DNA of 64,000 nt from an uncultured Thermoplasmatales archaeon (GCA_964347865.1 CAYGAC010000011.1:3693-67692); one strand, 5' to 3'. Shown: positions 1 to 9,616, numbered from the stretch's first letter. Numbers and translations are program-made. The notes: generated by a model from the sequence alone, not told the origin.

Positions 1-748
1 ATCCTCTTGAGACCCACCGAGGAATATTTGTCTCCCAAACATGATCATGATAACCTATTCCTTTAACCTGATATTCATTTCCTTCCCACAAAATCTTTCC
101 ATTTACCTTGCATCGAGGAATATAATAATCACCAGCGACATATCCACCTATTAATAGATTTGAGCTTCTTCCTTCAATCCAAACTGGTAAGAAATCTGCA
201 ATAAAATCAAGATCTGCAATAAAATCACCTGAATTACCTACCGCATGCACATGCCAATTTGGATATAGTCCCTTTGCCCAACTATCTTCAAACTCAAGAT
301 TAACCCCAGGGCCCTCTGCTTTAAAGGTTCCTCGTTGTTTATCTAATGTACTTAATTCGTAACAGTTACCAGTATCATCATACAATATAAGGAAAAGATT
401 ATCTCGATTTAAAAATCTAATATCAAAACGAGCCATCTTGTTAAAGGTTACTATCATCGACCAATTTTTGAGATCACTCTCCTTATCATTAAAAAAGACA
501 TTAAAGTACCACCATTCTCTAACACTTACTTTATGGGGACTCTCATCTTCAACCTCAAGAACATGTCGACCAAGATCAATTGTTCTTTCATTACCTGGCG
601 GTGTAGGGGGAATTTCTTCAATAAATGGAATTTCATCATCCAACATGTTCTGTTCTTTTTCTTTTTGATTAATAGAATTTATAACAACATAACTGATGGA
701 AGAAGATAATAACGCTATACAAATCAAGATAATTATATACCTTTTCAT
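1..748 (-). CDS. AttH/CrtC-like lipocalin-fold secreted protein, partial (C-terminus runs off the window start)
   Basis: Absent from the ORF track because it is open at the window edge. Hand translation from the ATG at 748-746 gives MKRYIIILICIALLSSSIS (signal anchor), then EWWYFNVFF and GYHDHVWETN, which resemble AttH/CrtC. No stops seen down to position 2. Confidence 0.6.
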   Translation of the reverse strand, partial: MKRYIIILICIALLSSSISYVVINSINQKEKEQNMLDDEIPFIEEIPPTPPGNERTIDLGRHVLEVEDESPHKVSVREWWYFNVFFNDKESDLKNWSMIVTFNKMARFDIRFLNRDNLFLILYDDTGNCYELSTLDKQRGTFKAEGPGVNLEFEDSWAKGLYPNWHVHAVGNSGDFIADLDFIADFLPVWIEGRSSNLLIGGYVAGDYYIPRCKVNGKILWEGNEYQVKGIGYHDHVWETNIPRWVSRG

Positions 749-752
749 TTAC

Positions 753-1868
753 CTACCTCTCGAAATCCTTGTATCTCTTCCAATAATAGCTTCTTCCACC
801 GTATCTCCATAAAAAACCAATACCAAAAAATATTAGAGGAACACAAATTGTTATCGGGAGATAGGTAAGCTGAGCATCTAACGTCTTTACCTCAGCAATA
901 TGATTTGCCCGTGATTCTTCTGTAGTTTCATAGATAAGTTCAGCTGCCTCTCCAATTGGATTATATGATTTTAGAAACCTACTTACAAATCTATACTGTT
1001 CGATATCTGGATGGTATAAGTCGATGAATTGTGAAGGATGAGCAGAGAGGACTAGATGCCTATAGACATGGATTACGTACCCAGTTCTTGGTTCAACAAT
1101 TAAACGTAATGTCTCATCGCAGATATATTGCTCTCCATGCCAAGATATTGGCTTGTTGTAAATATTTGATTCCCATACACAAAATTTAATTCCATCAATA
1201 AAGCCAGTCCTGATTTTCTCCATATTTCGAATGAGTACTATGTTTTCTCTTCCATATTTTTCACCGTTTGATTCAACCCATCCAACTCGTATACTAATAA
1301 GTCCCCTAGAATTTGATGGAATTCCCATACGTCCCGCATCAACATTAAAATATTCAAGACTTGACAAGCGCGTATCTATTCCATACCATTCACTTACTTT
1401 TTCTCGTTCGTTTATAACAGTAAATACCTCACCTTTATCATCATAAATGACATCGTTTATAATTGCTTTTTTCGCGTCTTTATCATATTCCGTCACATAA
1501 ATTACTTCTCTTCCCTTGAATTTCTTCTCGATTGGATTTCTTTTTGTAATTAATCGATCTATCCTATACGGTAAAGTGAATCGATTTTCATCAATTGATA
1601 AAACACTGTTTTTTTCCCAATAATAAATATCACCTTCATCTTCCCAGATATAATCAGCTGGAATTGTAGTCTCATCAACTATCTCATTAGGGATTATATA
1701 AAAGTAAGTAACAACTGACAATAAAATTAAAAAAACTCCTATGACTATACCAAGTTCTTCAAATTTTCTCAATTTTATTAGGAAAATTGTAAGTATACTT
1801 GGGACTAGAATTGATATCCCAATTACGACACCAATTGTGTTTAATGGTAGTGCATTAACTGGTATCAT
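753..1868 (-). CDS. membrane protein with N- and C-terminal TM anchors, tentatively DUF3068/PorA-like
   Basis: 371-aa ORF with hydrophobic N- and C-termini flanking a soluble domain (VEPRTGYVIHVYRH). TAG stop lies 4 nt before the next gene's start. Confidence 0.5.
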   Translation of the reverse strand: MIPVNALPLNTIGVVIGISILVPSILTIFLIKLRKFEELGIVIGVFLILLSVVTYFYIIPNEIVDETTIPADYIWEDEGDIYYWEKNSVLSIDENRFTLPYRIDRLITKRNPIEKKFKGREVIYVTEYDKDAKKAIINDVIYDDKGEVFTVINEREKVSEWYGIDTRLSSLEYFNVDAGRMGIPSNSRGLISIRVGWVESNGEKYGRENIVLIRNMEKIRTGFIDGIKFCVWESNIYNKPISWHGEQYICDETLRLIVEPRTGYVIHVYRHLVLSAHPSQFIDLYHPDIEQYRFVSRFLKSYNPIGEAAELIYETTEESRANHIAEVKTLDAQLTYLPITICVPLIFFGIGFLWRYGGRSYYWKRYKDFER

Positions 1869-2059
1869 TTATGCTCCTCTGAATTTTCTTTGTTTTTCTA
1901 CTTATAAAGCACTTGTTGTACAATTATTATCCAATCTACCAAAAATGAATTAGAAATCAGGAAACAAATCCAATAGTTACTAAACCTAATAAAAGGAGTA
2001 ACCAATTATTACTAATAAAGAAACTAAACCTTTTTATATCCTTAACCTAATTTTTAATT

Positions 2060-2141
2060 GCCAAAGGATACACCATACTCTTTTGGTAAACCAAGAGTGC
2101 AGGGTCTATGGAGGAGTAATCCTCTATCTCTCACTTTTGGC
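2060..2141 (+). ncRNA. candidate structured RNA (three-helix, Y-shaped); family unknown
   Basis: Closing stem GCCAAAGG (2060-2067) / CTTTTGGC (2134-2141). Hairpin 2078-2097 (CTCTT..GG taaa CCAAGAG). Hairpin 2108-2127 (ATGGAGGA GUAA UCCUCUAU, GNRA-type loop). Locally more GC-rich than the flanking spacer. T-run at about 2165-2173. Confidence 0.25.
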
Positions 2142-2172
2142 ATAAAAAAATTTGAGCATAAAATTATTTTTT

Positions 2173-2706
2173 TTATGAAACTTTTCTATCTATTAAATAT
2201 TCAATTCTGTTTAAAATTTCATCAATATATCCAAGTGGCTCGTGATATCTGGGACAATAATCTCCTGGGTGAGCACATTCATTTCTTTTTGAGAGTAATC
2301 CATGAATTGTTTTCGTTTCATTTTTTGTTAAAAAACCAATTTTTTTCCCCGCTTCAATTAATTGATAATCACTAATCCAATCCTTTAGTTCACCAATTGT
2401 CTTATATTTTTTCCATTTAGGATAAGCTTTATGTATAGTTTTTAATCCATCTTCACTTATTTTTTCTTCTAAAAAATCCATAAATGCAGTCCATGCTAAA
2501 ACAATAGATGCTCTAGGTACATCTCTTTCAATACATTTCAGAGCATCCCTTAACAATTCTTCTTGTCTAAGAGATAAAGCATCTAATCTTTCACGGGAAA
2601 TTTCCAAAGTTATTATTGCAGATTTTGCTCCCTCAACAGTAGAAAAAATATTATGTGCTTCTGTTTTAAATCTATTAGCACATTTTATTATATCTTGGAT
2701 ATTCAT
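2173..2706 (-). CDS. HEPN-domain protein (Swt1/Abi-like), predicted RNase
   Basis: All-helical 177-aa ORF with an R-x4-H motif (KRNECAHP) near the C-terminus. Its start overlaps the upstream gene's stop by 4 nt. Confidence 0.55.
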   Translation of the reverse strand: MNIQDIIKCANRFKTEAHNIFSTVEGAKSAIITLEISRERLDALSLRQEELLRDALKCIERDVPRASIVLAWTAFMDFLEEKISEDGLKTIHKAYPKWKKYKTIGELKDWISDYQLIEAGKKIGFLTKNETKTIHGLLSKRNECAHPGDYCPRYHEPLGYIDEILNRIEYLIDRKVS

Positions 2707-3305
2707 TTTAACTCATCGATGAGGTGTTTTTTTAATGCTTCAAAAAATTTATCATAAACCTCAGGTTTTGTCGTTTCAGGGATTGTTAATTGAATGTTTA
2801 TATTGATTGTATACAATCCTTTTCTAATAACCTTCCCACCAATACCTTTTATGTCTCCAGCAGGTGGTTCCTCGGGTTCTTCCGGCTCCTCAGGTTCTTC
2901 GGGTTCTTCTCCAAATTCCGCCAAATCTGCCAATTCTTTAAAAGTTTTGACAATTTTATTTACCGTTTGTTCAGCTCCACCTGTCTTTTCAGCAAAAAAA
3001 TTATATAATTCTTCATCTGTTCTTTTATAAGCATCAAAATATAATTCAAACAACTCAGAGTATCCTTTTTTTAATGCTTTACTCATTATCATTTTAGATT
3101 TTTGCTTATTTTTGTATTGTTTCCAAATATCAGTAGGTTTGTTTGAAGAATCAATAAATCCAATTTGTTTTAATACGCCAAGTATATAGAAATCATTACT
3201 TGATTTTAACCCTATACTTTTAAGCCATTCTCTATTTACTGTACCTATCGGAACACCCATTCCAATACTCTTCAACTCTTGAAATCTGACCAAAGAATGA
3301 ACCAT
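2703..3305 (-). CDS. DUF5343-like protein with PEEP-repeat linker
   Basis: The N-terminal region (VPIGTVNREWLKSIGLKSSNDFYILGVLKQIGFID...PTDIWKQY) and the tail (IQLTIPETTKPEVYDKFFEALKKHL) match my recollection of DUF5343. The (PEE)n linker is encoded at about 2860-2905. The 5' end overlaps the upstream ORF. Confidence 0.55.
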   Translation of the reverse strand: MVHSLVRFQELKSIGMGVPIGTVNREWLKSIGLKSSNDFYILGVLKQIGFIDSSNKPTDIWKQYKNKQKSKMIMSKALKKGYSELFELYFDAYKRTDEELYNFFAEKTGGAEQTVNKIVKTFKELADLAEFGEEPEEPEEPEEPEEPPAGDIKGIGGKVIRKGLYTININIQLTIPETTKPEVYDKFFEALKKHLIDELK

Positions 3306-3996
3306 CCCATTGTTTCACACCATTTGAACCATTAGTCCAAATCCAACCTTTAGAAGGGTAAAATTCACCACCGAGCTCGAAATGCCAATTTTGGTGTCCA
3401 AACGATATTGATTTACCGATACTCAATTCAATAGGCCAAAAAATTCGTATAATCATCGAAAACAGTAACAAAAATGCAATGAGACCCCTATTATTTATAA
3501 CCGCATGTATAAACATATCCAATAACGCCTCAAATGAAAAACCACCCTCAAAACGAGTTAAACTTGTTTTTCCTGCGATTAAACAATCAAAGTTTTCGTC
3601 ACCACCTCTTTGATTTCTATCATAGAACTTATTCATCAGTTTCACAATTCTTAAATTCTGATACCCACCATTCACCAACTTCTGTGCCTGTTTAATAGAT
3701 AATCCACCAAGCAATCCATATTTATCTAGTTCCACAACTGCCTCGTTGAATATCTCGACTGCTTCCTCTTTTGAAGTGGATTCATTTAACTGTAGTCGCA
3801 TATTCTCAAATAATCTGTCTACTTCCTCTGCATCTTCCTTGGTTAATTGAGCCGTATGCTTTCCACCACCAAGTCCACATATCTCGGTGGTAATCTCAAC
3901 CAGTTCACTTTCTTTGCTTATATTGGCATTGATAGATGGTGCACAAGCAAGTCCGAGGAAAAGAACGATTACTCCAACAACATGTAGTTTCTTCAT
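3232..3996 (-). CDS. secreted/lipoprotein-like hypothetical protein
   Basis: The start is best placed at MKKLHVVGVIVLFLGLACAPS (ATG 3996-3994), forming an ATGA overlap with the upstream stop. Signal peptide with a lipobox-like LGLAC. Confidence 0.6.
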   Translation of the reverse strand: MKKLHVVGVIVLFLGLACAPSINANISKESELVEITTEICGLGGGKHTAQLTKEDAEEVDRLFENMRLQLNESTSKEEAVEIFNEAVVELDKYGLLGGLSIKQAQKLVNGGYQNLRIVKLMNKFYDRNQRGGDENFDCLIAGKTSLTRFEGGFSFEALLDMFIHAVINNRGLIAFLLLFSMIIRIFWPIELSIGKSISFGHQNWHFELGGEFYPSKGWIWTNGSNGVKQWDGSFFGQISRVEEYWNGCSDRYSK

Positions 3997-5645
3997 ATAC
4001 TCCATCTTTCCATAATTCGTATGATGAATTGATTCAATAATGGAAATCTCTCTAACCACCTAGAGAAGAATACATTACGGTTCTTTGGCATCGTAACCTC
4101 AAATGTTGCCCATGGACCATAGGTATAAGTAGGGTCTCTAGCGCATGCTCTTATTGTATAATTACCAACCTTAGACCATTGGTAAGGAACATCTATTTCC
4201 CAACCTGATTTAATAGGACCCCAGTCATCATAATAGTTCCCATCTCCCCATTCAATTGTATAATATATATCGTCTCCATCTGGGTCAGTTGCATTTAATG
4301 TATAATAATACATTTTTCCAGTTCTCCCCAATTTTCGACCAGTTATATTTGGTGCGTATGGAGGACCTGTTCCAACACTTATTATTATTCTATCGGTGTC
4401 ACTATGACTTGCATTATCTATTGCGGTAAAAAACACCATATAGATGCCAGATTTAGCATAAGAATGAGATGTATCTTTTTCATCTGAGGTATTGCCATCA
4501 CCAAAGTCCCAAAACCATGAATATGGTGGGACGCCCCCCTTCTTTCTAACGTTAAAATCTATAGAATTATTAACCAATACATATATCCTTTTTTTATAAA
4601 TTGGTCCTAATCCATATCCATCGGCAACAAATACATCATTCCACCTTGTTGGACTTGGGTGATAGTCAACATCTACACTCCATCCTGGAAGAATATAAGT
4701 GTCTGGATACCCTGGATTGGCATCCCAATCATCCCAATAGTTACCCTCAGAGCCATCATCCCATGTATTATTAAAACGACCATTATCAACAAAAGCATTA
4801 CGATAGTTAAAGAATAAATCGTTATGATGAAAGACACTGAAATCATCAGTTTTTAATATGCCGACACTCCACTGACCCAAACTTTCTCGCCCATTATCAG
4901 CAATTGTATTCCAAATTACGGTGTTAGCACTATGATGGTCGTATAAACCTTGAACTGTATTATGAAGTAAAGCGTTACCAACGATAAGATTATTGTTATC
5001 TTCTGGATGAATATAAATACCAACATAATTGAATCTTATAGTGTTATTTGCAATGATATTTCTATTTCCGTTAACAAGTACACCAGTTTCAATATTATCG
5101 GTTGGCCAATTAACGAGCCTACGGCTTTCTATAGTATTGTTAATTATATTGTTGTAGTTAGCTCCATTTAAGTAAATTTGTGAAGAAGTATTTATGATAA
5201 TATTTTCAAAAATGTTATTGTAATCAGATTTAACTTCAATTCCTGCATCATGTATACCAATATCGATAATATATCCACCATTTTGAATCTTAAAGGAACT
5301 CATATTAACGTTATCGGCAGAAATCAACACTACATCTCCAATATCACTTCCATCAATTACTGTTGTATTCTTATCCTCACCGATTAGATTAATTCTCTTA
5401 TTTACAGTCACATGTTCATAATATGGTGACGAATCATCATACACAAACACCGTATCCCCATCACTCGCATCATCTATAGCATACTGTATCTTCGTGTAAT
5501 TATTCGGTCCAGAACCACCGACATAGAGTGTTTTGCCATTAGAAGTTGTAGTTATAGGTTGCTCTATTGTATTAAACCCAGTAGATGACGATATACTCAT
5601 CCCTATGAACAGAAGGATGATGCCTATTGCAAGGATTCGTTTCAT
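3993..5645 (-). CDS. secreted right-handed beta-helix (NosD/PbH1-like) protein with PKD-like domains and a conserved C-terminal tail
   Basis: Signal peptide. YVGGSGPNNYTKIQYAIDDASDGDTVFVY plus repeated N-rich beta-helix turns. WGDG...IRACARD...EVTMPKNR module. Tail WLERFPLLNQFI. Confidence 0.8.
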   Translation of the reverse strand: MKRILAIGIILLFIGMSISSSTGFNTIEQPITTTSNGKTLYVGGSGPNNYTKIQYAIDDASDGDTVFVYDDSSPYYEHVTVNKRINLIGEDKNTTVIDGSDIGDVVLISADNVNMSSFKIQNGGYIIDIGIHDAGIEVKSDYNNIFENIIINTSSQIYLNGANYNNIINNTIESRRLVNWPTDNIETGVLVNGNRNIIANNTIRFNYVGIYIHPEDNNNLIVGNALLHNTVQGLYDHHSANTVIWNTIADNGRESLGQWSVGILKTDDFSVFHHNDLFFNYRNAFVDNGRFNNTWDDGSEGNYWDDWDANPGYPDTYILPGWSVDVDYHPSPTRWNDVFVADGYGLGPIYKKRIYVLVNNSIDFNVRKKGGVPPYSWFWDFGDGNTSDEKDTSHSYAKSGIYMVFFTAIDNASHSDTDRIIISVGTGPPYAPNITGRKLGRTGKMYYYTLNATDPDGDDIYYTIEWGDGNYYDDWGPIKSGWEIDVPYQWSKVGNYTIRACARDPTYTYGPWATFEVTMPKNRNVFFSRWLERFPLLNQFIIRIMERWSI

Positions 5646-5754
5646 TCTTCCCCCATATAATCCAATGAGGTTCTGATATATAGAGTTTACCCAGATATAT
5701 GTAGTGTAAAACCATTAGACCTAGACTAAACATTTATACACAAATTTGGAGGTT

Positions 5755-5788
5755 GAGGGTAGGAGAATATCAGTAAAAACCTACCCTC
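5755..5788. other. perfect 9-bp GC-rich hairpin in an AT-rich spacer
   Basis: GAGGGTAGG (5755-5763) and CCTACCCTC (5780-5788) with a 16-nt loop. TCCTTTT follows on the plus strand. Confidence 0.5.
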
Positions 5789-5835
5789 TCCTTTTGCGAA
5801 AAGTCCCATGAAGACAATGCAGGACAAAAGGAGCA

Positions 5836-6756
5836 TCAAATAATTCTTTTCCCTATAAACTTAGGTCTAAAGTTCTCATAAGGCAAACCCATACTTACTC
5901 TATCTTGGTAAGGACTTCGTAAAAGATTGATTTGTAAGATTTTTCCAGTTGGCTTATAAGCAACCATTCCTGGGAACGGAGCATCTCTAGGCGTTTCTGC
6001 TGGATGAAGCAACCCACCTCTTTTTCTCCTCCTAAGATAATCTGGCGAAGTTGGAGTTGGAACAACCATTCTAGGAATTCCAGTTGGACCTTTGATAAAT
6101 TTATCAACTGCCTTTTTACCATATTTTGTTAAAGGTTTTCTTTTCAATCCTGCTCTAACATTTTCCTTGATTTGTTGAATTTCTCGTTCCGTTAATTGCT
6201 CCCCAGTTTTAATATCCTCTCCACCAGTAGTTTGTAAAGAACGAACCTGTTTTAGGATATCATTACCTTTCACGGTTAGTTCTTCGCCTTCTCTAACCAA
6301 TTGTTGACCTTGTAAAACTAAAGATTCTCCATATTTTTGCATTTCTATTGCCTTATTATAATTCTTCTCATCTAAAGGACCCGATTTGAAGATATTATTA
6401 GCGTAATTGATATATTCTTGACCTTGTGCTATTAATTGCTTTCCCTGTTCAATCTTTTTACCGCCTTCGGCTAAGTAAAATTGAGCGGTTGTTTGAGTAT
6501 CAACCGCCTTTTGCTCTTTTCTTCTACCTCTGGTTTGGGCATAACGTCCAATTGCCAAATGAAAAATTCCCTGTTTCTTGGGATTATAGGGTTGGCAGTC
6601 GCGATAGTCAGGCACACCATCCTTATCACTGTCTTTTCGTAAGTTGATTGGTCTCATTTTTAATGGTTTTACAAGTAAAGGACCTGTTCGTAAAGGTTGG
6701 AATTTAAGTGGTTTAATTCTTATCATTCCCTTCATAAATTGATTATTTTTTAGCAT
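5836..6756 (-). CDS. basic hypothetical protein with a thrombospondin-type-3-like Ca-binding motif, possibly virus- or mobile-element-derived
   Basis: 306-aa ORF. KPLK-type basic repeats. DSDKDGVPDYRDCQPYNPKKQ. Q/E-rich probable coiled coil. Start overlaps the upstream HTH gene's stop. Confidence 0.5.
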   Translation of the reverse strand: MLKNNQFMKGMIRIKPLKFQPLRTGPLLVKPLKMRPINLRKDSDKDGVPDYRDCQPYNPKKQGIFHLAIGRYAQTRGRRKEQKAVDTQTTAQFYLAEGGKKIEQGKQLIAQGQEYINYANNIFKSGPLDEKNYNKAIEMQKYGESLVLQGQQLVREGEELTVKGNDILKQVRSLQTTGGEDIKTGEQLTEREIQQIKENVRAGLKRKPLTKYGKKAVDKFIKGPTGIPRMVVPTPTSPDYLRRRKRGGLLHPAETPRDAPFPGMVAYKPTGKILQINLLRSPYQDRVSMGLPYENFRPKFIGKRII

Positions 6757-7019
6757 TTTACCGCCTTGGAATACAACAATTTCGTTACTTCACTTTTATT
6801 TCTTGAATCAATATCAAATTTATCTCTAAAATAAATAATAGTTTCAGTAGTAACATTACATTTCTCAGCTATTTCTTTCCATGTAAGTTTCTTATTCCAA
6901 TATTGCTCCTTTAACCAATTGGGGTCTTTGTAAGGTGCATAATGCTTTTCCCTAGGAAATAGGACTATAGCATATTGAGGGTCTCGGTATTTTTGAATGA
7001 GAAGAAGCATATACTCCAT
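6750..7019 (-). CDS. small HTH DNA-binding protein
   Basis: KDPNWLKEQYWNKKLTWKEIAEKCNVTTETIIYFRDKFDI resembles an HTH common in archaeal mobile or viral elements. The N-terminal codons overlap the MDR gene's 3' end out of frame, so the start is uncertain (7019 or 7010). Confidence 0.45.
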   Translation of the reverse strand: MEYMLLLIQKYRDPQYAIVLFPREKHYAPYKDPNWLKEQYWNKKLTWKEIAEKCNVTTETIIYFRDKFDIDSRNKSEVTKLLYSKAVKC

Positions 7020-7749
7020 TTTCTTTAAGTATATTTTTACATCTTGAACGTGATATCTTAAATACTGCATCAAAAACAATATCGTAGACATCACCACTTT
7101 TAGTAAAATCCTGCTTTGTATAATCAATTACTTTATCAGCACCAATAGATTTTACAAGTTCTAAATTAGATGTACTGCAAACACCAGTTACTTCTCCACC
7201 ATAATACTTTGCAATTTGTACAGCGTAAGTCCCAACGCTACCAGATGCTCCATATATAAGAATTTTTTTTCCTTTTTGAACATTTACTTTTTGCATATGA
7301 AGTAGAGCAGTCAATGAACCTGCGGGAACAGCTGCTGCTTCTTCAAATTTAATATTTGATGGTTTTAAAACTACCATTCCGTTTTTTTCATCACCATCGA
7401 TTGCTCGTACACTTAAGTATTCTGCATATCCACCACCACCAAAACCAGTTAATGAAAAGACCTCATCATCTTTTTTGAATTCTTTAACGTCTTTACCTAT
7501 TGATTCAATTACTCCAGATACTTCCATGCCTAATATTTTTCTCTTTGGTTTTCTAATACCTAGAAACAAACGCATAGGTATCCAATGTTTTTTTGGAACT
7601 CTGAAACCTCGCATCCTTGTATCTCCAATATGTACTGTAGTCGCATAATTTTTTATTAGTACTTCATTATCTTTAGATATAGGCTTTTCAACTTCTTTAA
7701 GTTGAAGAACTTCTGGTGGTCCATATTTTTCATATACAACTGCTTTCAT
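6952..7749 (-). CDS. MDR-superfamily NAD(P)H quinone oxidoreductase / alcohol dehydrogenase, apparently 3'-truncated
   Basis: MKAVVYEKYGPPEVLQLKEV, GASGSVGTYAVQIAK Rossmann motif. Family-like sequence stops around ...KENGVYASS and the ORF ends at 265 aa, whereas the relatives I recall are roughly 310-330 aa. Confidence 0.7.
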   Translation of the reverse strand: MKAVVYEKYGPPEVLQLKEVEKPISKDNEVLIKNYATTVHIGDTRMRGFRVPKKHWIPMRLFLGIRKPKRKILGMEVSGVIESIGKDVKEFKKDDEVFSLTGFGGGGYAEYLSVRAIDGDEKNGMVVLKPSNIKFEEAAAVPAGSLTALLHMQKVNVQKGKKILIYGASGSVGTYAVQIAKYYGGEVTGVCSTSNLELVKSIGADKVIDYTKQDFTKSGDVYDIVFDAVFKISRSRCKNILKENGVYASSHSKIPRPSICYSPIS

Positions 7750-7793
7750 GAGTATTCCTCTAAATTTACTTTAATTTGGTCATTTTATCTTGT

Positions 7794-8507
7794 TTATTTA
7801 CGTATTGTAGACGGGGAAGCTACTGCAGATGGATTGAATCCTTTTATTATAAGCCATGCTGCTAGAATCATTTCTTGTGCGGCTATCGGAAGAGCGAAAA
7901 TCTCTATCATTGGAGGACTAAGACCAAACATACGTACCGGGACTGTTGCGAACCACAATACACCCCCAATAAGACCTAAGGTTGATAACCATCGAGGAAT
8001 GAGTTTTGATGTATACAACAAATAATTAAAAACTAGAGCACCCAACAAAAAAGGGAAGTCCAACAGAATAGAACCCCAATCAATTGCTGCTAACAGTAGA
8101 GCGCCCGAGGTTTGAAAATAGGAATCAACCGGCGCTCCTGCAGTTACAAATTCTCGACTTAATGACAATAGTAATAGTAAGCTGATTACATTAAGTGCAT
8201 CGAAGAAACCCTCAAAAATCCGAGCACCAACATACCCAAGAGCTAACCTTAAATTATGCTTTTTTAAGATTGGAAACATCATAATTGGGATTATGACAAC
8301 TGAAGCGGTCATAGCTAACCAAAGGAGCGCTCCTATCAATATTTGGTTTTCATTTGCAGAAACAGCAGTAAGATAATCTGGATTACCTTCAGATCCCAAA
8401 AAACCAAGCGGAACAACACTAAGCGGAACAACACTAATAATTGGTGCTGCTGTCGCGATTATAAATAATACTCCCACAATTATTGCGGTCTTTCTATATG
8501 AATCCAT
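7794..8507 (-). CDS. polytopic membrane protein, DUF4386-like
   Basis: 237 aa with about 6 TM segments. The N-terminus YRKTAIIVGVLFIIATAA is typical of DUF4386 as I recall it. Confidence 0.5.
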   Translation of the reverse strand: MDSYRKTAIIVGVLFIIATAAPIISVVPLSVVPLGFLGSEGNPDYLTAVSANENQILIGALLWLAMTASVVIIPIMMFPILKKHNLRLALGYVGARIFEGFFDALNVISLLLLLSLSREFVTAGAPVDSYFQTSGALLLAAIDWGSILLDFPFLLGALVFNYLLYTSKLIPRWLSTLGLIGGVLWFATVPVRMFGLSPPMIEIFALPIAAQEMILAAWLIIKGFNPSAVASPSTIRK

Positions 8508-8674
8508 TTGTTTCTTCCCCTTTTTACAATATTTTCATATTCGAAATTAATCTAATGTTATTAAACTATCTGGTTAGAATATAATATGGTATCTTTTGGA
8601 ATAAATAACATATATACCGTCTAAAAGGAAAGAAATTTTTCAAGAGTTTGGCGATTTCTACTCTATTGGTTTTT

Positions 8675-9535
8675 TTAAGTTTTTGAAATAGTTATATAGA
8701 CCTTACTCCACCAAATTGTTGTGAGTGGATAAACGATAAGAAATGTTACAATTAATGATAATATTCCACCTATAATTGGAATTAATCCAATAAGTCCAAA
8801 TAAAATACCTATAACAAATACTATAAGCCATATTAGTAACACACTTATTCTATTATGCCAAAAAACTCTAAAACCTTTTTTAAAACCTTCAATTGCTGAT
8901 AAATCATCTATGACGACAGCATAACTCACAAGAGCAAACATTATTGACATTATTATCATATATAGGACTATAATTAGAATACCAATTATCAATGGAAAAA
9001 ATGCATTAAAATTGAGACTGGAAAAATTAAATCCCGAACTACCAAATTCTGATGATACATTTAGAAATCCTGGAATTATAAATAGAACACCTATTAGCAT
9101 TATCAATCCAACTAAAATACTTGCAAAGAAAAAACTTAGATATTTTCTTTTTCCATAATCCATCATATGCGATAGATTTGTTTTTCCGGTCAATAAAGCC
9201 TCTTTGGCCATTCCAATTCCACCTGAATAAAAGAAGGAAAAGATTAATCCTACTATTATTGCGACTATGATAAACACTGCAATAATACTAATAAGATTTG
9301 ATGTAATAATTGAATACAATTGAGAAAATAATTCAGAAGAAGATATTGATGATGGATTTGAAAAAACCGTTTCTACTAAAGGCCAAAACAGAGATAAGAA
9401 AGTTGGTACCAATATAATTATTGCCACTATAGCAGAAATTAATGCTCCAAGAATAAATGGGATACAAAGTATTAAATTATTCTTCCAAGTATTATAACCG
9501 CCTTTTATTGTTTCTCCAAAATCAACCTTTGACAT
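8675..9535 (-). CDS. polytopic membrane protein, function unknown
   Basis: 286-aa ORF with multiple long hydrophobic segments. Confidence 0.6.
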   Translation of the reverse strand: MSKVDFGETIKGGYNTWKNNLILCIPFILGALISAIVAIIILVPTFLSLFWPLVETVFSNPSSISSSELFSQLYSIITSNLISIIAVFIIVAIIVGLIFSFFYSGGIGMAKEALLTGKTNLSHMMDYGKRKYLSFFFASILVGLIMLIGVLFIIPGFLNVSSEFGSSGFNFSSLNFNAFFPLIIGILIIVLYMIIMSIMFALVSYAVVIDDLSAIEGFKKGFRVFWHNRISVLLIWLIVFVIGILFGLIGLIPIIGGILSLIVTFLIVYPLTTIWWSKVYITISKT

Positions 9536-9616
9536 GATAGATTGGATATATTATAATTATAAAAAACTTCTGAGTAAATAAGATTATTAATTTTAAAAAG
9601 AAGCTGAACTAATGCA

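Noticed and set aside
438-668. Plus-strand 76-aa ORF
   Set aside because: It lies antisense within the well-supported AttH-like CDS (1-748, minus strand) and has a low-complexity S/L-rich sequence.
2860-2905. Short GGTTCTTC/GGTTCCTC periodic DNA repeat
   Set aside because: It encodes the (PEE)n acidic linker of the DUF5343-like protein on the minus strand. The two plus-strand ORFs across it (2790-3008, 2794-3030) are shadow ORFs.
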